A stretch of DNA of 64,000 nucleotides from Candidatus Collierbacteria bacterium RIFOXYD2_FULL_45_13 (GTDB lineage: Bacteria > Patescibacteriota > Microgenomatia > UBA1400 > MFAQ01): NCBI GenBank assembly GCA_001774685.1, contig MFAS01000001.1:159557-223556 (forward strand). Reading direction: 5' to 3'. Below the pieces are notes generated by a model. That model made no database searches, had not been told where the DNA came from, and saw only the letters and a list, made by a program, of their open reading frames with translations. Each line of letters begins with the position of its first letter. Within the stretch, counting starts at the first letter, position 1. Position numbers and translations under genes: made by a program. Shown one piece after another: positions 58,435 to 64,000 of this stretch.

Positions 58435-58587
58435 AGATGCGGGCGAAAGCCCGCGTAAGGCACAAAAAACGCTCGATCACTCAAGCGAAACAGTATCATA
58501 CCATATCAAGCCACCAAAAGTCAAGTTAAACATGATGTCGTCAAGCCCAATTCGTGCCCAAATTTATCAGTGGTAAACTCAATCTAT

Positions 58588-59562
58588 ATGATTACAGCCA
58601 ACGAACTCTTGGGCAAGAATGTGCTCCTCAGAGCCGATCTTGACGTGCCTATTAAGGACGGCAGGGTGGAGAACACTTTCCGACTTGAGTCTCTTTTACC
58701 CACCCTCAAGCTCTGTCTGGAAAACGCCCGTCGTACCTGTTTGATAGGGCATTTAGGCCGACCTGAAGGCCTGGATCCTGCTTTTAGCCTCGCTCCGGTT
58801 CTAGATGAGTTAAAAAGGTTGACCCATCAAGACATTTTGTTTGTATCTTCGGGTTATTCTCCAGGGGAGTGCTGGAAGGGGGAACTCCCCCTCGCCTTAA
58901 TTGAGAACCTAAGGTTCGACCCTCGTGAAGAAAAAATTGACAGGGGATTCGCCAGTGTTTTGTCCCAAGGTGCCGATATTTATGTTTATGAAGCATTTGC
59001 TTCTTTTAACCCCGCTACCAGCCTCCAAACAGTTCCCGAAGTTCTACCCACAGCCACCGGACTCCAGTTTGATCGGGAGATTACCACTCTAGGTAGGGTG
59101 CTCAGGAGCCCAATCCACCCCACTCTCCTCCTAGCCTCAGGTGCCAAGATGGATAAGCTCGAAATCATCAAACAAATCATGCCCAAGTTCGACCGCAGCC
59201 TCCTTGGTGGCAAATTTGCCTCGCCAAACCACCTGACACCAGACGGACTGGATCTGAACGAAGAGGCCACTTCCCTCTTCAAAAAGGCCATTTCTGAGGC
59301 ACAAACCATCGTGCTCAATGGCCCCTTGGGTTATTATGAGGATGGCGCCCACGCCAAAGCCACCAAAGAGGTCTTCCAGTCCCTTAAAGATAGCTCCGCC
59401 ATGACCATTCTCGGAGGTGGAGATACCATCGCCGCCATCCCCGATCTTGGCTTCAGTTACGCTGACTTTGGCTTCGTCAGCACTGGCGGCGGTGCCATGC
59501 TCGATTTTCTAGCTACCGGCACCCACCCCCTTCTCGAAATCCTCAAAAACCGCACCCCATAA
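58588..59562 (+). CDS. pgk: Phosphoglycerate kinase (shortened, divergent)
   Basis: RADLDVP, HLGRP, ENLRF, NGPLGYYE, GGGDT, STGGGA; near gap. Confidence 0.88.
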   Translation: MITANELLGKNVLLRADLDVPIKDGRVENTFRLESLLPTLKLCLENARRTCLIGHLGRPEGLDPAFSLAPVLDELKRLTHQDILFVSSGYSPGECWKGELPLALIENLRFDPREEKIDRGFASVLSQGADIYVYEAFASFNPATSLQTVPEVLPTATGLQFDREITTLGRVLRSPIHPTLLLASGAKMDKLEIIKQIMPKFDRSLLGGKFASPNHLTPDGLDLNEEATSLFKKAISEAQTIVLNGPLGYYEDGAHAKATKEVFQSLKDSSAMTILGGGDTIAAIPDLGFSYADFGFVSTGGGAMLDFLATGTHPLLEILKNRTP

Positions 59563-59625
59563 CTATCTTTTTTGAACTAATACCTTTAAAATCATCCAAG
59601 TTTAATTTGAAGGAGGCACTTTACA

Positions 59626-59895
59626 ATGTTGCTTTATGGGTTCTTGATTCTTTTAGGTTCGATTGTTCTGCTTGTTCTCGATATAAAACTAATTATGGAG
59701 AATGATAAGACTAACTTATTCTTGAAAATGTTGGGAGGTCTATTCATTCCAGCCATTTTCTGGATCAATGTATTAAATTTCGGTGCCAACTTTCTCCCTA
59801 CACTTTTGTCCATCCCAGGCGTCCAAGCTGTCGGACCCATAATTGGGATTATCTTAGTCATCGGCTACATTTTCCTTAGAATAACTTTAAAATAA
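59626..59895 (+). CDS. Small three-TM orphan membrane protein
   Basis: SD AGGAGG; AT-rich hydrophobic ORF with own terminator (59908-59934). Confidence 0.7.
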   Translation: MLLYGFLILLGSIVLLVLDIKLIMENDKTNLFLKMLGGLFIPAIFWINVLNFGANFLPTLLSIPGVQAVGPIIGIILVIGYIFLRITLK

Positions 59896-59986
59896 ACACT
59901 ATCACGCACCTCTCCCAATTCGGGGGAGGTTTTTGTAGCAGTCCCCTCCTTGTGCTACAGTTTAATTAGTTACTATTACTGCCCAT

Positions 59987-61075
59987 ATGACAAATTTTTC
60001 CATCAACGGCTTCGGTCGCATTGGTCGCTCGGCCACCCGCGTCTGGCTCGCCAGTCATCTCGACGAATCAAACCTGGTTGCCATTAACACTTCCGGGTCT
60101 CAGGGAGTTCATGGCTGGGCGTATCTCCTCAAATACGATACTTCCTATGGTCCATTACCTTATGAGATTTCTGCCGAGGAAGTGCAGAAACCAGATCAAG
60201 TTTCTGACGCCAACCCTCTCCTCGGCTACCTAAACATCAAACACCCTCAGAAAGACCTCCGTATTCCTGTTCTCGCCCAAAGAGATCCTTCTCGTATCCC
60301 CTGGGACAAGTATGGCACCGAAATTGTTGTCGAATCTACCGGGGCTTTTACTTCTCTCGAAAAAGCCATTCTTCATATCTGTGGTGGAGTTAAGATGGTC
60401 GTTCTCTCGGCTCCTGCCAAAGGTGCCGGCGTCCCCACTGCCGTCCTGGGTGTCAACGATAAAGAAATATTTCATAAAGATAGAGTCAACGTTATTTCCG
60501 TCATCAGTAACGCTTCGTGTACCACCAACAGTGTCGCTCCGGTCGCGGATATCCTTCACGAAAAACTTGGAATCTTAAAAGCCATGCTGACCACGGTTCA
60601 TGGTTATACCGACGATCAGAATCTTCAGGACAACTCTCACCGCGATCTTCGTCGTTCTCGGGCTGCTGCGATGAATATTGTTCCCACCAGTACCGGAGCC
60701 GCTATTGCCGCTACTCAGGCCATTCCGGAATTAAAAGGACTTTTTGACGGTATTTCTCTTCGTGTTCCAGTCCTTACCGGCTCTATTACCGACTTTACTT
60801 TTATCACTCAACACTCCACTAGCGTTGAAGAAATAAATCAAATTTTTATCGATGCCGCCAGAACTCCACGCTATCGTAGTATCTTGGCCGTGACGGATGA
60901 GCCTATTGTTTCTTCCGATATTATTGGCCGATCAGAATCCAGCATCATCGACTTGGACATGACTCGAGTCGTCGACGGCACGATGGTTAAAGTTCTCGCT
61001 TGGTACGATAACGAGTGGGGTTACGCCAATAGACTGGTGGAAGAAACCATCAAGGTGGGCAAGGCTCTGGAGTAA
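59987..61075 (+). CDS. gap: Glyceraldehyde-3-phosphate dehydrogenase type I
   Basis: INGFGRIGR, SNASCTTN, PTSTGAA, AWYDNEWGY. Confidence 0.97.
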   Translation: MTNFSINGFGRIGRSATRVWLASHLDESNLVAINTSGSQGVHGWAYLLKYDTSYGPLPYEISAEEVQKPDQVSDANPLLGYLNIKHPQKDLRIPVLAQRDPSRIPWDKYGTEIVVESTGAFTSLEKAILHICGGVKMVVLSAPAKGAGVPTAVLGVNDKEIFHKDRVNVISVISNASCTTNSVAPVADILHEKLGILKAMLTTVHGYTDDQNLQDNSHRDLRRSRAAAMNIVPTSTGAAIAATQAIPELKGLFDGISLRVPVLTGSITDFTFITQHSTSVEEINQIFIDAARTPRYRSILAVTDEPIVSSDIIGRSESSIIDLDMTRVVDGTMVKVLAWYDNEWGYANRLVEETIKVGKALE

Positions 61076-61092
61076 ATAGAAACAATTATTTG

Positions 61093-61164
61093 AGGCCGGA
61101 GAGGGAATCGAACCCTCGCATAAGAGTTTTGCAGACTCTCGACTTTCCACTTGTCTATCCGGCC
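61093..61164 (-). tRNA. tRNA-Cys(GCA), CCA not encoded
   Basis: rc GGCCGGA...GAGAGT-CTGCAAA-ACTCT...GAGGGTTCGATTCCCTC-TCCGGCC-T. Confidence 0.95.
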
Positions 61165-61209
61165 AACTGCACGCACTATTCTAACATTTTCTGATAAACT
61201 AAGGATATT

Positions 61210-62091
61210 ATGAGGTCACGTCTTTTACGCACACTGCCCATTTTGTTATTCTCAGTCTTTCTCGCCGGCTGTCAGCTAAATCCCTTTGCCAAGAAGTCCG
61301 GTATCCAAATTACATCACATCCCGATGCCAATGTGGTAATCAACGGCAAATCTGTGAGCAAGACTCCTTTCTACGACGAAAATCTTTCACCTGGTCTGGC
61401 GACTATCCAGATGACCGCGATCGACTCAGGTCAATCTTGGGAAACAAAAGTCAATCTGGTCAGTGGCACCTTGACCACCGTTCACAGGGAATTCGGCACC
61501 ACCCCGGACAAAGCCCATAGCTACACTCTTTCTTTCGAAAAATTATCCAACAACAAAGACTCTTCGGTAAACATTATTAGTCTTCCTGCCAACGCCACCG
61601 TTAGTGTCGATGGAAAACCGGCCGGCTTTACTCCGGTGACCGCCGATATTGCCCCCGGTCCTCACGTTTTTTCTTTCACCGCCCCAGGTTATCAGGACAA
61701 AATAGTTAACGCCGCTGTCCAAACAGGATACCGACTGGTTCTCAACCTCACGATGGCCACCATGGAGATCGTTCCCACCCCTACACCTACACCGATTGCC
61801 ACTCCTTCAGCCACCCCTAAGCCTACCGGCACTACAGTCATTACCCCTCTGCCCAAACAGGCAACTTCTTCCGCAACACCTGTCAAACCCTACGTCGAGA
61901 TCCTCTCTACTCCTACTGGCTGGCTCAAGGTTCGCGAAACGCCTTCCACCAGTGGTACTGAACTAGCCAAAGTTAACCCAGGTGACACCTTTAACTTCAA
62001 AGAGTCGGACACTACCGGCTGGTACTACATCGAATATCTAAAAGGTTCATGGGGCTACGTCTCCTCCCAATACGCCAAGTTGGTCAAATAA
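61210..62091 (+). CDS. Lipoprotein with PEGA domains and C-terminal SH3b domain
   Basis: LAGC lipobox; ITSHPDANV.ING...KTP; LKVRETPS...GWY.I....GYVS. Confidence 0.88.
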   Translation: MRSRLLRTLPILLFSVFLAGCQLNPFAKKSGIQITSHPDANVVINGKSVSKTPFYDENLSPGLATIQMTAIDSGQSWETKVNLVSGTLTTVHREFGTTPDKAHSYTLSFEKLSNNKDSSVNIISLPANATVSVDGKPAGFTPVTADIAPGPHVFSFTAPGYQDKIVNAAVQTGYRLVLNLTMATMEIVPTPTPTPIATPSATPKPTGTTVITPLPKQATSSATPVKPYVEILSTPTGWLKVRETPSTSGTELAKVNPGDTFNFKESDTTGWYYIEYLKGSWGYVSSQYAKLVK

Positions 62092-62134
62092 TCTACAAAA
62101 AAGCCCCGACTTTAGCCTCGGGGCATTATAAAAG

Positions 62135-63091
62135 TTAAGGGGTAGTTGTCGGCGTTGCCGTGGGAAGCTGGTCAATCGGAATGATCGCTCCTCCAAAGTA
62201 ACACACTTGGTTGGATTCAGAGCATACAAAAGTGCGTTCGCACTCCGCTCGCAACGAAGTACCAATCTCATACTGGGCACAGAACAGGTCTCTGCGGTGA
62301 AGGAAGTCTTGAAACTCCTGATCCTCCAGGACCTGACTTGAGCTTCCGGAGTCCCCCGAGTCGCTTTTCTCCGGTTCAAAGTACCGAACCGCTAAGTCTT
62401 CGAACTTAAACAAGCGGAAGTACTGCCAGTCGGTCATATACTTCGATTTTTCAAGCTTCTCGAGCCAAATCGCCGCCACATCTGGACGTTTCATCTCACC
62501 GCTGATGTACTTTTGCGGATCGATATCTGTTGAATCTCGAAGCGTATCCCGCGAACGGTCATTGAACTTCACCATCAGCTGGGCAGCTCCGCCGACCTCA
62601 TACAGCAAGCGCAGGTTTTCCTGGGAGCTGAAGTCCAATGAGACGTCCAGGGCGTAACTGGCACCGAATTTCTGGTAACCTTTCAGTGTCACGTTACTCA
62701 ACGCTTTTACGCAGTTGAAGTCATTGTAGGTGCCTCCGCAGGCATTAGGGTCAATATCCGACACGATATGGATTTGCTGCCGCGTATAAACGCGGACATA
62801 GTCACTTGGGGTCGGATGATACCCAACGCCTTCATATATACCATATTCTTCGGCATTGACGCGATAGACTCCCACTTCGTCCACGCCGAGCCTTACCGCC
62901 GGTAACTCCTGGCTGGTGAGAGCGTCGTACGTTTCTTCAGCAGATAGCCGCACCGTGCACTTTGAGCTGGCAGGATCGTAATCTTTCGGGCAAATTAACG
63001 TCGAGCCTTTCTCAAATGCCGCTGGTGCACACGCCCCGAGCAGTATCAGTAGTATGGAGGTCAATCCGAACCACACCTTCAGTTTACGCAT
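62135..63091 (-). CDS. Orphan lipoprotein (possibly SPFH-like central region)
   Basis: LGAC lipobox; own TTGACA-17-TATGAT promoter and AAGGAG SD; terminator at 62097-62125. Confidence 0.75.
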   Translation of the reverse strand: MRKLKVWFGLTSILLILLGACAPAAFEKGSTLICPKDYDPASSKCTVRLSAEETYDALTSQELPAVRLGVDEVGVYRVNAEEYGIYEGVGYHPTPSDYVRVYTRQQIHIVSDIDPNACGGTYNDFNCVKALSNVTLKGYQKFGASYALDVSLDFSSQENLRLLYEVGGAAQLMVKFNDRSRDTLRDSTDIDPQKYISGEMKRPDVAAIWLEKLEKSKYMTDWQYFRLFKFEDLAVRYFEPEKSDSGDSGSSSQVLEDQEFQDFLHRRDLFCAQYEIGTSLRAECERTFVCSESNQVCYFGGAIIPIDQLPTATPTTTP

Positions 63092-63201
63092 GACTCTACT
63101 CCTTACAAAATAGATTTTTATCGTGCAGACTTACAGATGGAATCATACTACGAAAGCCCTATAATGTCAATAACTTCATGGACTTACCCACCGAAAATTT
63201 G

Positions 63202-64000
63202 TTAGCCTACGTAATACAGTACCCCAATCACCATCACCGCCCAGCTTACGCCCGTAATCATCAAGGGCTTGTCCGAAAGCAGGATTCTCTCCGGGCTTTC
63301 ACCTTCATTCTTTTCGTAAATCAGCTGTAGATAACGCATAATTCCGTAGACCACAAAGGGAATTGTTATCATCATCCATTTTTCTGAGACAAGGGTTTTG
63401 GGCAAAATCGAGATAATATCAAGCGCTCGGCCATCTGGAACAATTCGGGGATGATTGAAGGAAAACAGCGCGTAGGTAATCCAGGTGCTCGTTGCGAACA
63501 TTGCCGTATAAATATCCAGTAAGTGCTCCGTGTATCTCTTTAGAGTAGCTCTGGTCTCCACCTCCTTATAGTTTAGGAGCAGAGTCATCTCCCCCCTCCT
63601 TTTCCCGACGGCCAGAAACAGTGAAGCCGCTATGACCGTCATCAGGAACCAGACATCCATGTGAGCAGATATAGTAAAGGCTCCGGCATAGACTCGAATA
63701 AGATACCCGGAGGCAATCACAATGACATCGACAATTGGCACTTTTTTTAGATATTGAGAATAGGCCACCTGGACCAGTAAGTAAGTAACACCACTCAGGA
63801 AGAGATAGTAGTTTATGGCATATGCCCAGGTGAGACCTGTCACCACACCCAAAATCAAGACGAATACCGCGATAGACAAGGGTAAATCCCCGTTAGCGAT
63901 CGGTCTGAATTTTTTGTACGGGTGTTTCCGGTCCGCTTCTACATCAATTAAGTCGTTAAAGATGTAAGTAACACTACTAAAAATCGTAAATATAATAAAT
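63202..64000 (-). CDS. UbiA-family prenyltransferase (decaprenyl-phosphate phosphoribosyltransferase-like), 5'-truncated
   Basis: Frame open to window edge: YIFNDLIDVEADRKHPYKKFRPIA; YS..LK..PIVDV, GKRRGE. Confidence 0.9.
   Translation of the reverse strand, partial: FIIFTIFSSVTYIFNDLIDVEADRKHPYKKFRPIANGDLPLSIAVFVLILGVVTGLTWAYAINYYLFLSGVTYLLVQVAYSQYLKKVPIVDVIVIASGYLIRVYAGAFTISAHMDVWFLMTVIAASLFLAVGKRRGEMTLLLNYKEVETRATLKRYTEHLLDIYTAMFATSTWITYALFSFNHPRIVPDGRALDIISILPKTLVSEKWMMITIPFVVYGIMRYLQLIYEKNEGESPERILLSDKPLMITGVSWAVMVIGVLYYVG

Overview
64-kb core-chromosome segment of a Patescibacteria (CPR) bacterium, probably Microgenomates group. This is inferred from the VirB2-like pilin array, DUF5657/DUF4012-type genes, shortened ValS/Pgk and compact gene packing; genetic code 11. 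It contains smpB-ssrA, dnaA-dnaN with an oriC-type unwinding element, rpmH-rnpA-yidD-yidC-jag, rplY, valS, tsaD, groES/EL with CIRCE, pgk, gap and tRNA-Cys. A ~23-kb T4SS-like locus holds nine VirB2-like pilins, a Cys-rich lysozyme-like protein, VirB6-like, PrgI, VirB4, an M23 hydrolase and two large orphan ORFs; a VirD4-like ATPase fused to a Nudix domain lies ~22 kb away. Best unannotated signals: (1) a ~115-nt transcriptional T-box riboswitch upstream of valS with an ultrashort K-turn Stem I, Val specifier and no Stem II; (2) a 6S-like RNA and a second promoter/terminator-bounded orphan transcript; (3) GTCAT-palindromic and strand-polarised octamer repeats inserted in-frame in housekeeping genes; (4) pervasive leaderless gene architecture; (5) no apparent GC-skew switch at the origin; (6) a 17-bp motif shared by two orphan cassettes. 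All calls come from manual reading; no database searches were run.
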